Assembly (NCBI GenBank): GCA_036918135.1
Contig: JBALDB010000006.1
Location: 64,001 to 128,000, forward strand
Source: Nostoc sp.
GTDB taxonomy: Bacteria > Cyanobacteriota > Cyanobacteriia > Cyanobacteriales > Nostocaceae
Reading direction: 5' to 3'
DNA length: 64,000 nt
Below, one piece after another: positions 28,540 through 39,689 of the stretch. The stretch's first letter is position 1, and every line of letters begins with the position of its first letter. The position numbers were made by a program, and so were the translations under genes. The notes below the pieces were generated by a model. The model was not told the DNA's origin and made no database searches. It was given only the letters and a program-made list of their open reading frames with translations.

Positions 28540-30771
28540 ATGGCAACAAAATTTCCCAAATTTAGCCAGGATCTCGCACAGGACCCGACTACTCGTCGGA
28601 TATGGTATGCGATCGCCACAGGCAATGACTTTGAAACCCATGATGGCATGACAGAGGAAAATCTTTACCAAAAGATTTTCGCTACTCACTTCGGTCACTT
28701 GGCAATCATCTTCCTGTGGGCATCCAGCCTCCTGTTCCATGTAGCCTGGCAAGGTAACTTTGAACAGTGGATTAAAGATCCCCTTCATATCCGTCCTATC
28801 GCTCACGCGATTTGGGACCCCCACTTCGGCAGACCAGCAATCGAAGCTTTTACCCAAGCTGGCGCTAGCAATCCAGTAAACATTACCTACTCTGGTCTGT
28901 ACCACTGGTGGTATACCATCGGTATGCGAACAAATACCGAACTGTACAACGGTTCAGTATTCCTGTTGATATTCGCAGCCGTATTGTTGTTCGCTGGTTG
29001 GCTGCACTTGCAACCCAAGTACCGTCCTAGCCTGGCATGGTTTAAGAGTGCTGAACATCGCCTAAACCATCACCTAGCAGGTCTGTTTGGTGTTAGTTCT
29101 TTGGCTTGGACTGGTCACTTGATTCACGTTGCCATTCCTGAAGCTCGCGGACAGCATGTAGGTTGGGACAACTTCCTCAGTACCCCACCGCACCCAGCAG
29201 GTTTGACACCCTTCTTTACAGGTAACTGGGGTGTTTACGCTCAAAACCCTGATACTCCTGGACATATATTTGGCACATCCCAAGGTGCAGGGACTGCAAT
29301 TCTGACTTTCTTGGGTGGTTTCCATCCCCAAACAGAAGCTTTGTGGCTGACTGACATGGCTCATCACCACTTGGCGATTGCTGTTATTTTCATTGTTGCC
29401 GGTCATATGTACCGGACTAACTTCGGAATTGGTCACAGCATCAAAGAAATGCTGAACTCCAAAGCTGGTTTAGTTCCGGGAACCAAGAGTGAAGGTCAGT
29501 TTAACTTGCCTCACCAAGGTATTTATGACACCTACAACAACTCACTGCACTTCCAATTAGGATTTCACCTAGCAGCGTTAGGTGTAATCACCTCCTTGGT
29601 AGCACAGCACATGTACGCCATGCCTCCTTACGCATTTATTGCTAAGGACTATACAACTCAGGCAGCGCTGTACACGCATCACCAATATATTGCTGGCTTC
29701 CTGATGCTTGGTGCTTTTGCCCACGGAGCCATCTTCTGGGTACGTGATTACGACCCAGAGCAAAACAAGGGCAACGTTCTTGACCGCGTGTTGAAGCATA
29801 AAGAAGCGATTATCTCCCACCTGAGCTGGGTATCCCTTTTCTTAGGCTTCCATACCCTTGGTTTGTACGTACACAACGACGTAGTAGTTGCTTTCGGCAC
29901 TCCCGAAAAGCAAATCCTCATTGAGCCAGTATTTGCTCAGTTCGTCCAAGCTGCTAACGGTAAAGTACTGTACGGATTAGACACCTTGTTATCTAACCCA
30001 GATAGTATTGCTTACACAGCATGGCCCAACTACGCTAACGTCTGGTTACCAGGCTGGCTAGATGCCATCAACGCTGGTACAAACTCTCTGTTCTTAACAA
30101 TAGGCCCTGGCGACTTCTTGGTACACCATGCGATCGCCTTAGGTTTGCACACCACCACCTTGATCTTAGTCAAAGGTGCTTTGGATGCCCGTGGTTCTAA
30201 GCTGATGCCCGATAAAAAGGACTTCGGCTATGCCTTCCCTTGCGACGGCCCCGGTCGTGGCGGTACTTGTGACATCTCAGCTTGGGATTCCTTCTATCTA
30301 GCTGCGTTCTGGATGCTCAATACCATTGGTTGGTTGACCTTCTACTGGCACTGGAAGCATCTCGGTATTTGGCAAGGTAACGTTGCTCAGTTCAATGAGA
30401 ACTCTACATACCTCATGGGCTGGTTCCGCGATTACCTGTGGGCAAACTCCGCTCAGTTGATTAACGGTTACAACCCCTACGGCGTGAATAACCTGTCTGT
30501 CTGGGCTTGGATGTTCCTGTTTGGACACCTAGTTTGGGCTACCGGCTTCATGTTCTTGATCTCTTGGAGAGGTTACTGGCAAGAGTTGATTGAAACCCTT
30601 GTCTGGGCACACGAGCGCACTCCTCTAGCTAACTTGGTTCGCTGGAAAGACAAGCCCGTGGCTCTGTCCATCGTTCAAGCTCGCGTAGTTGGTCTGGCCC
30701 ACTTTGCAGTTGGTTATGTTCTGACTTACGCTGCATTCTTGATTGCTTCTACCGCTGGGAAGTTCGGTTAA
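28540..30771 (+). CDS. psaB: Photosystem I P700 apoprotein A2
   Basis: [22 protein letters not shown] start; [15 protein letters not shown]; ends TAGKFG. Confidence 0.99.
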   Translation: MATKFPKFSQDLAQDPTTRRIWYAIATGNDFETHDGMTEENLYQKIFATHFGHLAIIFLWASSLLFHVAWQGNFEQWIKDPLHIRPIAHAIWDPHFGRPAIEAFTQAGASNPVNITYSGLYHWWYTIGMRTNTELYNGSVFLLIFAAVLLFAGWLHLQPKYRPSLAWFKSAEHRLNHHLAGLFGVSSLAWTGHLIHVAIPEARGQHVGWDNFLSTPPHPAGLTPFFTGNWGVYAQNPDTPGHIFGTSQGAGTAILTFLGGFHPQTEALWLTDMAHHHLAIAVIFIVAGHMYRTNFGIGHSIKEMLNSKAGLVPGTKSEGQFNLPHQGIYDTYNNSLHFQLGFHLAALGVITSLVAQHMYAMPPYAFIAKDYTTQAALYTHHQYIAGFLMLGAFAHGAIFWVRDYDPEQNKGNVLDRVLKHKEAIISHLSWVSLFLGFHTLGLYVHNDVVVAFGTPEKQILIEPVFAQFVQAANGKVLYGLDTLLSNPDSIAYTAWPNYANVWLPGWLDAINAGTNSLFLTIGPGDFLVHHAIALGLHTTTLILVKGALDARGSKLMPDKKDFGYAFPCDGPGRGGTCDISAWDSFYLAAFWMLNTIGWLTFYWHWKHLGIWQGNVAQFNENSTYLMGWFRDYLWANSAQLINGYNPYGVNNLSVWAWMFLFGHLVWATGFMFLISWRGYWQELIETLVWAHERTPLANLVRWKDKPVALSIVQARVVGLAHFAVGYVLTYAAFLIASTAGKFG

Positions 30772-30801
30772 TCTGGCTACTAGTTTAAGTAGATAAGTAA
30801 T

Positions 30802-30834
30802 AAAAATCCCCTGCCAAAAGGTGGGGGATTTTTT
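30802..30834 (+). terminator. psaAB intrinsic terminator
   Basis: AAAAATCCCC-TGCCAAAAGGTG-GGGGATTTTTT. Confidence 0.9.
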
Positions 30835-31033
30835 GTTGGATAAACATAAACACGGGCAAGATTTTGATTTTTAGATTTAACACAATATAATATCAAAGAT
30901 AATCCAAATACAGTTTAGTTAAGGAGAATCGTAGTTTAAGGTTTTTCGCTATAATTAATTCGTATTACTTTATATGCAAATTTTTAAGATAGAAGAATTA
31001 AGGTGTTTTAATCATTAAAGGTTAAAAGCGGTT

Positions 31034-31430
31034 ATGACTGAATATATAAATCAAGGAAATTCTGGAGTTAGTCGAGAAGAAGGAGAAAGTCTTCTTAAAA
31101 AATTTTTAGATAATAAAAATTATAAGGTTTTAGCTTGAAAAAATAATTAACACTAATACCGACTCAATATCGCCTTGGTTAAAAGTAGATATTGAGTTTC
31201 TAAATAACTCTAGTGTTGAGGAATATTGTAAATGGCTTGAAGAAGGCGATCCTGATTTATTTTTAATGGTGAGACAACTTTTAGATCTGGCTTTACCTGC
31301 ATCCCAAAAGCTAGAACAAGCTATACGCAGCTTAGCAGAAAGTAATAACCTAAATAAAAGTAGAGCTAAGTTTATTTACAACATAGATATAGGTAATAAT
31401 TCTATACGAAGGGCTGAATTTGATTATTAA
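31034..31430 (+). pseudogene. Disrupted AT-rich unknown gene
   Basis: MTEYINQGNSG...KVLA* is followed, after stops and a frameshift, by a long open frame ...SPWLKVDIEFL...IRRAEFDY*. Confidence 0.4.
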
Positions 31431-31455
31431 TTGAATTAATTAATAACTGACTAAA

Positions 31456-31803
31456 ATGCTTACTGACAAAGCACAAACTCACTTAGAGTTTTTGCTGCAA
31501 GCTGATTACAATGCTGACCGTGTTACTGATGAAGGATTATCTGGTGGTGATAATGAAATTATTTGGCAGCAAGTTTGTCCTGAGGAACGATTTTTTATTA
31601 CTCTTGATTTATACTTCTCTGATGTTCACCTCTTTCCACCAGGCACTCATCCTGGTATTCTAATATCGCGTTCCCGTAACCGTAGCCGTCAGGCAGTACT
31701 AGAAATATTGTCTGGTGTTGTACAAGAGCAACCCTTAGAAACTCTCAAAGGTTGTCTTATAGTGCCAGACGAAATACAGACGCGCATCAGGCGATCGCAG
31801 TGA
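31456..31803 (+). pseudogene. DUF5615 PIN-like protein, probably 5'-truncated
   Basis: EGLSGGDNEIIW, RFFITLDLYFSD and PPGTHPGILI match the family as I recall it; the usual N-terminal xLDEN acidic motif is absent. Confidence 0.6.
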
Positions 31804-31845
31804 TACCATAAGCAAACTTAAAAGATTTACCAGAGGAGTCATCAG

Positions 31846-31929
31846 GTGTCCATTCCCGAAATTACTCAAAAGTTATTAGCAGCAAAGCAAGACAAAGGAC
31901 TAAATAGCCTTTGCAAAAAGAACCAATAA
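31846..31929 (+). pseudogene. cynS: 5' fragment of cyanase
   Basis: GAGGAG RBS, then GTG-SIPEITQKLLAAKQDKGL, recognised from memory as the cyanobacterial CynS N-terminus; the frame stops after 27 codons. Confidence 0.6.
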
Positions 31930-32834
31930 CGCCAGCAAAAAATCACTTTTAATCCCTATTATATTTACCAAAATGGAGCAGCATATTTAGGTAATAGTCT
32001 GAAATTTCTCAAATTCATTAATGATAATAGTATTAATTTAATTATCACTTCACCACCATTTGCTCTCACACGCAAAAAAGAATACGCCAACAAAACTACT
32101 GAAAATATATCGAGTGGTTTCTACCTTTTGCCTATGAATTTAAAAGTGTACTAGTAGATGATGGCTCATTTGTACTGGAAGGCGGTACCTACTTGATAAT
32201 TCCGTCCAGAGTATCTATCAATACGAACTTTTGGTTAGATTATGCAAGGAAGTAACTTTATTCCTAGCTCAAAAATTCTACCACTATAATCTGGCTCAAC
32301 TGCCAACCCTTGCTAAGCGTATGACAATCAGGCGCATTCGTGTCAAAGATTTAGTAAATACAGTTTGGTGGTTGTCTAAAACACTAAATCCTAAAACAGA
32401 TAACAAAAAAGTTTTAAATCCTTCTAGCCCAAGTATGAAGCAATTACTTCAGAATGGTTATTAAGCCAAAATACATCCTAGTGGACATGATATTCATAAA
32501 AAATTTCAAAAAGATAATTAAGGTGTAATTAAGCCAAATTTATTTGAAATTACTAATACTAAATACAAATAGCGCTTATTTCAGACATTGGAAAACAGCA
32601 AAAATTAGACCCCATCCAGCACATTTTTATCAAAGATTCGCCAAGTTATTCATCAAATTTTTAACTGATGAAGGTCATATGGTTTTAAATCCATTTGCAG
32701 ATTCTAATACAACTGGTTTTGTTGCTCAGACTCTCTAACGCCGATGGATTTATTTTGAAATTAATGATGATTATGTAGGGGGAAGTCGTTATTGTTTTAG
32801 TCAAGATTCAGATTATCTGAAAACTAAGCAATGA
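31911..32834 (+). pseudogene. N4-cytosine DNA methyltransferase (beta class, M.PvuII-like), heavily degraded
   Basis: Fragments GAAYLGNSL, INLIITSPPFAL, RIRVKD.VNTVWWLSKT, PHPA.F and VLNPFADSNTTG, separated by frameshifts and in-frame stops. Confidence 0.85.
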
Positions 32835-32880
32835 GAAGTGAGGAGTTAAAATTTATAACTCATAAATAATAACTACTCAC

Positions 32881-33093
32881 TTAAATTTCTCCATTCACTT
32901 GCATTTGATGAACTTGATCTGCCAACTCTTGACGACCTTGGTCATCTAGTTTATCAATCGCTAACATCCCCATAAGAATAACTTCTTTTAGGGTCAAACG
33001 TGTCGAATGTGCCTGTTTTTGCACAATCTCCTTAATAATGGGACTAACACCAATCGCTGTACTAGCTCTTGCCACAGAAGAAAAACAAAACAC
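32881..33093 (-). CDS. Small hypothetical protein, possible ribbon-helix-helix
   Basis: STAIGV strand followed by two amphipathic helices (inference); the start may be the GTG at 33075. Confidence 0.6.
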   Translation of the reverse strand: MFCFSSVARASTAIGVSPIIKEIVQKQAHSTRLTLKEVILMGMLAIDKLDDQGRQELADQVHQMQVNGEI

Positions 33094-33505
33094 TAATGAT
33101 TCAGCCTAAATCTTAGCACTTCTAATGAAGTTATTCTCTATAGTTAAAACTTAATTTAAATGTGTTTCAACTCATACTTCGACGAGCAAACATAAATTTA
33201 AAATTCTTGACATAGAGAACTACAACAGAAATACACAGTATTATCTTACTTGCAGAAAATTTTTGTCAGATTTTCAATTTTGGCATCAAACCTAAAAAGT
33301 AACTTTTGGATGAAAATAAATTTAACTATTGTCACACTAGGATTACAAGTATAGTCTTTGACAGCAGTATCTGTCGCTCCAGAGTTATCCCAAACCGACT
33401 TGGGGGTGTAACTTTTTTAGAGCGAGTTCTCAAACTTCTAGTCTGCTTAACTCAAGGTTGCTAATTGATGTATAATATTAAGCTCATCAACAACTAATTT
33501 TTAAC

Positions 33506-33718
33506 TTATTCTTCTAAAATTTCTACTAATTCCTCAATGGTCACCTCAAAGGTGCGAGCCAACTTATGGATAGCTGTAAAGTCAACTGTTGTCATTGCCC
33601 GACGACGAGCATAACTTCTAACTGTACTGTAAATTACCCCAGAACGGTCAGAAACTTCCTTGAGCGTCCATCCTTTCTCTTGCGCTAGTTCTCTAATCTT
33701 CAATCTGACTAATCCCAT
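33506..33718 (-). CDS. XRE/Cro-family HTH regulator
   Basis: LKIRELAQEKGWTLKEVSDRSGVIYSTV...KLARTFEVTIEEL. Confidence 0.88.
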   Translation of the reverse strand: MGLVRLKIRELAQEKGWTLKEVSDRSGVIYSTVRSYARRRAMTTVDFTAIHKLARTFEVTIEELVEILEE

Positions 33719-34207
33719 ATTTGATAACTGATGCATTTGCACCGCTCAATTTCATATGAGAAATTAAAAAGCGATCGCCTCTTGGTTGATTAAACTCTCA
33801 TGCGATCGCCACAATTTACTGAAATTTAGAAATTTGAAATTAAATAATTATTCACTATATTAGCAACATCAAAAGCAAAGACCTCTATCTTGAGAGCGTC
33901 AAAAATCATTCAGTAATCGGGGAGTTTGCGGTCACTTGCAATATTTATTACAATTAACTCGTAGAAAGCGGTCGGTTGGTGAAAATACTCCTTTGAGTAA
34001 AGCTATTCTCACAAATCATACTTATATACCACCGGGAAAACCCTACTTTAAAGAGATCGTAAATTGTCTAATATAATCTCGCGAACACGCTTTACAGAAA
34101 TATACAGTGTAAATAAGAATAATAATTTAACCTAAGTAAAATTTTCCTGAATACAGACAACTAATGCTGTCATAGGGAAAAGCAGTGAGTAGAGGAGAGA
34201 CAAAGCG

Positions 34208-35275
34208 ATGAGGGACCCTTATCTGTTGGCAGCAGGTTTGTTAACAGGCTTGGCAATACCAGCATCGGCTCTTCCACATCTGTCGATTGTCCTGCCGGAA
34301 AATTCTAGATTTCTGTGGGATTTAAAACAAGGTTCCCAGACAGTAGTCAGTACAAAAACTATCAACAGCGTCGATTTTTCCTTACCAGAATTCAGCAATC
34401 AAGCACTGCAACCCTTAGAAAGTTTGCAGTTAACAGCAGGTGAGCAAAACATCAACAGTGTTGATTCTTCATCACCAGAACTCAGTAGCCAAGGATTACC
34501 AGCTCCAACAGAGTCATCAGTTAACTCTAGCGACCAAGCAACTAGTCTCTCACTGACATCAGGCAATCAACTTTACTACCAAAGATTGGCAGCCCTGAAA
34601 ACAGGTCAGATTTATACACGCGGGGATAGTGATAGTTTGCAATCATTATGGGAGTCAATCAAGAAGCGTCAACTAACTTATGAAGACTGGAAAAGTTTAT
34701 TAGCTTTAGAAGCAAGAGCCATTGCCCAAGGTCAAGGTAGAAATCACCTGAGTATCCTAGTTGGTGATTCGTTGAGCATGTGGTTTCCCAGACAAAAATT
34801 ACCTAGTGGGAAATTATGGCTCAATCAAGGCATTTCTGGAGATACTTCCGCTGGCGTTTTAAAAAGATTAGGGGCATTTTCCGCAACCCGACCAGATGTA
34901 ATTTATATCATGGCTGGAATTAACGACTTACGAAAAGGCGCTAGTGATGAAACAATTTTGCACAATTATCGCCGGATTGTCCGTCGTTTACGGCAGACTC
35001 ACCCGCAAGCTCAAATCATTGTCCAATCAATTCTGCCGACTCGCTTACCAAAACTTTCCAATAGCCGCATTCGTCAGATTAACGCCCAACTAGTGCAGAT
35101 TGCCAAACAAGAAGGTGCTAATTATTTAAACATTTATAGTTGGTTTACAGATATGGAAGGCAATTTGCGCCCAGAGTTGACCACAGATGGCTTGCATCTG
35201 TCGCAAGAGGGGTATGATGTGTGGCGATCGGCACTACAGCAGATAGAGTACAAACTTACTCAGGGCAAGAATTGA
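34208..35275 (+). CDS. SGNH/GDSL hydrolase
   Basis: GDSL, NQGISGD, GIND and DGLH blocks; N-terminal signal-like segment. Confidence 0.9.
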   Translation: MRDPYLLAAGLLTGLAIPASALPHLSIVLPENSRFLWDLKQGSQTVVSTKTINSVDFSLPEFSNQALQPLESLQLTAGEQNINSVDSSSPELSSQGLPAPTESSVNSSDQATSLSLTSGNQLYYQRLAALKTGQIYTRGDSDSLQSLWESIKKRQLTYEDWKSLLALEARAIAQGQGRNHLSILVGDSLSMWFPRQKLPSGKLWLNQGISGDTSAGVLKRLGAFSATRPDVIYIMAGINDLRKGASDETILHNYRRIVRRLRQTHPQAQIIVQSILPTRLPKLSNSRIRQINAQLVQIAKQEGANYLNIYSWFTDMEGNLRPELTTDGLHLSQEGYDVWRSALQQIEYKLTQGKN

Positions 35276-35401
35276 GCGATCGCAAACAAGTTAAAAAGTA
35301 AAAAGAACCACATAAATTTATTTATATGGCTGGCAATCCTTTTTATTTATTCTTTCTTTTGTATTTTTACTTTGCTTTGAGAAATCTAAAATTCTATCAC
35401 T

Positions 35402-35595
35402 TATAGCCGTAGTCACATAGGTTAGGACATTATGACAAGCGTGAATGCTATGAATACTAATAGTTCTACCTCCACCATAGCTGCCTTCTGCCTTCTGCTA
35501 TATATAGGTTAGGACATAATAACAAGCGTGAATGTCAGGAAGAGTAATGTTTTTACCTCCTGCCTCCTGCCTCCTGCCCCCTGCTTCCTGCTATA
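35402..35595. mobile_element. Tandem pair of TATAG...GCTATA small elements
   Basis: GGTTAGGACAT..ACAAGCGTGAATG..TACCTCC..CTGCTATA occurs twice; a third copy is at 53096-53223. Confidence 0.75.
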
Positions 35596-36416
35596 CCACC
35601 CAAGGCTTCCCGATTTAAAACCTGATTCAACTTCCCGCTACGATAACCTTCTAAATCCAAGGTTACATAGATAAATCCAAAACCCTGAAATGCGTCAACT
35701 AATATTTGTAAATCCGTAGTCAACACAAACTCTTTAATTTGTTCTGATGCTAATTCAATACGTGCTGTATCGCCTTCAGATCGCACACGCAAATTCTCCC
35801 AACCCAGCTTTCTTAAGAAAATTTCCGCTCTACCAACTCGTTGTAACTTAGCTACAGTAATCTCTTCACCATAAGGAAAGCGGGAACTCAGACAAGGTTG
35901 AGCGGGTTTATGCCACCAAGGTAAACTCAGTAGTTGCGAAAGTTGCCGAACTTCAACTTTGGTAACACCTACTTCCGCTAAAGGCGATCGCGCACCTCTT
36001 TCTTTTGCCGCCTGAATTCCTGGGCGATAATCATGCAAATCATCGGCATTTACCCCATCCACTACATACGGATAACCCAACTGTAAAGCCAAAGGTTTGA
36101 GAGTGTCGTGCAATTCACTTTTGCAAAAATAACAGCGGTTGACAGGGTTAGAGGTGTAATTAGGGTTCTCCATTTCGTGAGTTTGGACGATTTGATGACG
36201 AATCCCAATAGTTGCGGCTTGAATTTTGGCGTCTTCCAACTCTTCTGGCAACAGCGAAGGAGAAACAGCAGTCACAGCCAAAGCGCGATCGCCCAATACA
36301 TCATAAGCAATTTTGGCAACCAAAGTGCTATCAACGCCCCCAGAGTAGGCAATCAACGCCTGCTCCATTTCTTGAAATAAAGCTCTTAATTGCTCAAATT
36401 TTTCTGTCAGCATCAT
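35553..36416 (-). CDS. larE: ATP-dependent sacrificial sulfur transferase LarE family
   Basis: AYSGGVDS PP-loop, NRCYFCK, DYRPG, CLSSRFPYG, LEGYRSG. Confidence 0.9.
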   Translation of the reverse strand: MMLTEKFEQLRALFQEMEQALIAYSGGVDSTLVAKIAYDVLGDRALAVTAVSPSLLPEELEDAKIQAATIGIRHQIVQTHEMENPNYTSNPVNRCYFCKSELHDTLKPLALQLGYPYVVDGVNADDLHDYRPGIQAAKERGARSPLAEVGVTKVEVRQLSQLLSLPWWHKPAQPCLSSRFPYGEEITVAKLQRVGRAEIFLRKLGWENLRVRSEGDTARIELASEQIKEFVLTTDLQILVDAFQGFGFIYVTLDLEGYRSGKLNQVLNREALGGIAGSRGQEAGGRR

Positions 36417-36513
36417 TTATCAACCCTGCCAAAACCCTATAGCACCCAACAAATTCCATTGTAGTCATTAGTTTTGGAGCATTGGGTACTGGTATTGGGG
36501 ATTAGGGATTGGG

Positions 36514-38394
36514 TTACGAAAACTCTTCCCCAGTCCCTAGTACCCCATCAATCAAGTTTGGCGGTTTACTATACTTGGCCACTAGACGGGCTAAAAGCGG
36601 TAAATCAATTGGTTTAGAAATATAATCATTTACTCCAGCGGCTAGACAAGTTTCGCGATCGCCTTTCATCGCCATTGCGGTTTGGGCAATCACTGGAATA
36701 TTCTCATATTCGGGATTTTCTCTGAGTTCCTGCACTAACTTCAGACCATTTCCATCTGGCAAGTAAACGTCCATTAAAATTACTGCTGGTTCTAGCTGTC
36801 TTAAAGCTTCCCACATGTTTGCAGCATTCTTAACCCAAGTCACCTGATATCCCAATTTAGATAAATAAATTTGCATCAAATCACCGTTGGGTAAGTCATT
36901 TTCTACCAGCAATATCTGAGGAGATGAACTAGGAGTCACATCCAAATCAGATAAAGAATATTTTGCTTGTTCTGCTTCCTCTGCTTCGTCTGCTCTTTCT
37001 ACTCCCCCTGCTTCCTCTGCTTTCTTCAAGGGAAGCACCAGCATAAAACGCGAGCCATGATTTACTTCAGATTCCACTTTCACTGAACCACCGTGAATTT
37101 CGGCAAGTTTGCGAGTCACCGCTAAACCCAAACCAGTACCTTCAATACCTGCTACAGCATTGGCAATTTGAAAATAGGGATCGAACAGTTGAGCTTGATC
37201 TTCTTGAGATATACCAGTACCAGTATCCCAAACTGTAAAATGCACAAATAAACCTTGACAAGCAACCTGTAAGCCAACACTGCCTTTGCTGGTAAACTTT
37301 AAAGCGTTGAAGAGTAAATTCAACAGCATTTGCTTGAGTCGTAAGGGGTCGGCTACTAGGGTTGCGATCTCAGGGTCAAGTTCTAGGATTAGTCTCAAAC
37401 CCTTATTAGCAGCTTTCTCCTTCACCAGTGCCAAAACATTGCTACACACCAGTGGCAGATCCACTGTTTCCCACTGTACTTCCAGCTGATTAGCTTCAAT
37501 TTTAGAGAGATCTAAAATATCATTAATCAGAGCTAGCAAGTGCTTGCCGCTAGACTGAATGATATTTAAATACTCTTGATGGCGTTCTCTACTAGGTTCA
37601 TAGCCTTGAGCTAACAGCAAGTGTGTAAACCCAATAATCGAACTCAGCGGTGTGCGAATTTCGTGACTGGTGTTTGCTAAAAACTGATTTTTGAGTTGAT
37701 TGGTGCGCTCCAATTCTTGATTAGAGTTACTTAACTGTTGATACCGTTGCTGCCAAGATAGTATCTGCTTAAGTTGGATTAAAGCTGTAGTACACTGCTT
37801 AGCAGACCTGGCCAATAATTGCGCTCTCAGTTGAGCTTGCGCTCCTATGAGTGGCTCAGAATCAGACCCTATCGGTGCTGTGGCGATAACTAGCCAGCCG
37901 GTGACCTCACCAGCATCATCAGCTAACCGCCAAGCACTTGGTGTTTGTTGATTCTCAAGCTGCTGCAAATCTTTGAGTTCTATGGTCTGTTGCAATCTCA
38001 ACGGCAGCTTTTTCCCTGCTGTTAGCGTCACTTCCAACAGTGGAGGTTGCGATCCAGATGGGGCACTAGAAATATAGCAAACTCTAGCAAATGTTCGGTG
38101 TGGTTGAAGCAGAGCAATAGCGACGGTAAACTGCATGAACGCCACGTGACTGGTGTCCACAGCAGTGTTAATCTCGCTGACCACTGTTTGAAAAATTTCT
38201 GCTTGTGCGGCTGCTGAGTGTGTAACAGTATTACAAGCACAAAGCAGGCAATCATTAAGGCGACTTTGCAACTGGTTTAAGCTTTTCTCCAGCCACAAAT
38301 CGGCGCGAAGTTGCTCAATTGTTGTCAAAAGTTTTTGCCTTGCATCTATCTGTGAGTTCTGTTCTGGTAAGCTTGAATACTGCTGCATGGTCAA
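36514..38394 (-). CDS. hrmK: Hybrid histidine kinase/response regulator, HrmK-like
   Basis: SHEIRTPL H-box, NALKFT, GTGLGL, C-terminal REC. The gene name rests on a recalled N-terminus and neighbourhood in Nostoc, so it is less certain than the domain call. Confidence 0.7.
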   Translation of the reverse strand: MTMQQYSSLPEQNSQIDARQKLLTTIEQLRADLWLEKSLNQLQSRLNDCLLCACNTVTHSAAAQAEIFQTVVSEINTAVDTSHVAFMQFTVAIALLQPHRTFARVCYISSAPSGSQPPLLEVTLTAGKKLPLRLQQTIELKDLQQLENQQTPSAWRLADDAGEVTGWLVIATAPIGSDSEPLIGAQAQLRAQLLARSAKQCTTALIQLKQILSWQQRYQQLSNSNQELERTNQLKNQFLANTSHEIRTPLSSIIGFTHLLLAQGYEPSRERHQEYLNIIQSSGKHLLALINDILDLSKIEANQLEVQWETVDLPLVCSNVLALVKEKAANKGLRLILELDPEIATLVADPLRLKQMLLNLLFNALKFTSKGSVGLQVACQGLFVHFTVWDTGTGISQEDQAQLFDPYFQIANAVAGIEGTGLGLAVTRKLAEIHGGSVKVESEVNHGSRFMLVLPLKKAEEAGGVERADEAEEAEQAKYSLSDLDVTPSSSPQILLVENDLPNGDLMQIYLSKLGYQVTWVKNAANMWEALRQLEPAVILMDVYLPDGNGLKLVQELRENPEYENIPVIAQTAMAMKGDRETCLAAGVNDYISKPIDLPLLARLVAKYSKPPNLIDGVLGTGEEFS

Positions 38395-38571
38395 CTAGAC
38401 CGTTGAACAAGTTTAGCTTCGCATAAAAATCCCAACAGGATTCTATGTATGTTGGCGGGCAATCCTTTTTTATTTATAAACCATAACTTATGGTGTCGGG
38501 TTTAGCACCTAAACCAAAAGAAATATTGTATGAAAGACTGACATAAAATTTTTTCCAAGTAACTTCAGATT

Positions 38572-39438
38572 ATGGATATACAATTTGCCCAACTAATCGT
38601 CAATGGAATTGCAGTCGGGAGCATTATTGCTCTAGCCGCAGTTGGACTCACACTTACCTATGGAATTTTACGTTTATCTAATTTTGCTCATGGTGACTTT
38701 CTCACTTTAGGAGCCTATCTAACTTGGCTGATCGACACCATTGGAGTCAATATTTGGCTGTCAATGATACTCGCAGCAGGAGGAACCGTAGCAGTAATGC
38801 TGTTATCAGAAAAGTTACTTTGGTCAAGAATGCGCTCGATTCGTGCTACTTCCACCACGCTGATTATTATTTCTATCGGACTTGCCTTATTTCTTCGCAA
38901 TGGGATTATTTTTATCTGGGGTGGTAAGAATCAAAATTACGATTTAGCTGTTACCCCAGCTTTAGACATCTTCGGCTTGAAGATACCACAAAATCAATTA
39001 TTGGTATTGGGGTTAGCAGTGCTAGCAATTTTGGCGCTCCACTATCTCCTGCAAAACACTAAAATTGGTAAAGCTATGCGAGCAGTTGCTGACGATCTTG
39101 ACTTAGCCAGGGTTTCGGGTATCAATGTTGACCGAGTAATTTTCTGGACTTGGCTAATTATTGGCACTCTTACATCGTTGGGCGGGAGTATGTATGGCTT
39201 AATTACAGCCGTACGTCCGAATATGGGATGGTTTTTAATTTTACCATTATTTGCCTCAGTGATTTTGGGCGGGATCGGCAACCCCTACGGTGCGATCGCC
39301 GCAGCTTTTATCATTGGCATTGTCCAAGAAATCAGCACCCCTTGGCTGGGTTCTCAATATAAACAAGGTGTAGCACTGTTGATTATGATTTTGGTGCTAC
39401 TCATTCGTCCCAAAGGTTTATTTAAAGGCACGATTTGA
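38572..39438 (+). CDS. Branched-chain/neutral amino-acid ABC permease (LivH/NatD-like)
   Basis: GLTLTYGILRLSNFAHG, GKAMRAVADD, VILGGIG. Confidence 0.9.
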   Translation: MDIQFAQLIVNGIAVGSIIALAAVGLTLTYGILRLSNFAHGDFLTLGAYLTWLIDTIGVNIWLSMILAAGGTVAVMLLSEKLLWSRMRSIRATSTTLIIISIGLALFLRNGIIFIWGGKNQNYDLAVTPALDIFGLKIPQNQLLVLGLAVLAILALHYLLQNTKIGKAMRAVADDLDLARVSGINVDRVIFWTWLIIGTLTSLGGSMYGLITAVRPNMGWFLILPLFASVILGGIGNPYGAIAAAFIIGIVQEISTPWLGSQYKQGVALLIMILVLLIRPKGLFKGTI

Positions 39439-39689
39439 GCAGCACCGTTCCACTTCTAACTATTGAATAATGTGGAAATAATAAGCTGCTACCAAGAAAT
39501 TGATAGCTAACAAGAACAATGCCCAGCCTGTGCGAAAGGCGTAGGGAGGTTTAGCTCCACTGTCAGCAACTGCGGACTTATTAGTTTTAGCAGTCATAAT
39601 GCGGTTCTCCTAATGTCAGGACTTTTTAAGAAATACCAAATTATGTGTACCAATCCCACAAATTCTTTAGAAATATTTGAAGTTGCGGA

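Noticed and set aside
26099..30771. psaAB as far-red (FaRLiP) paralogues
   Set aside because: No rfp, apc or psb cluster nearby, and the sequences look like conventional Nostoc PSI.
32231..32738. ORFs 32231-32464 and 32544-32738 as separate genes
   Set aside because: They are fragments of one methyltransferase pseudogene.
33770..33809. Hairpin between two GCGATCGC sites as an ncRNA
   Set aside because: The pairing is explained by two self-complementary HIP1 octamers.
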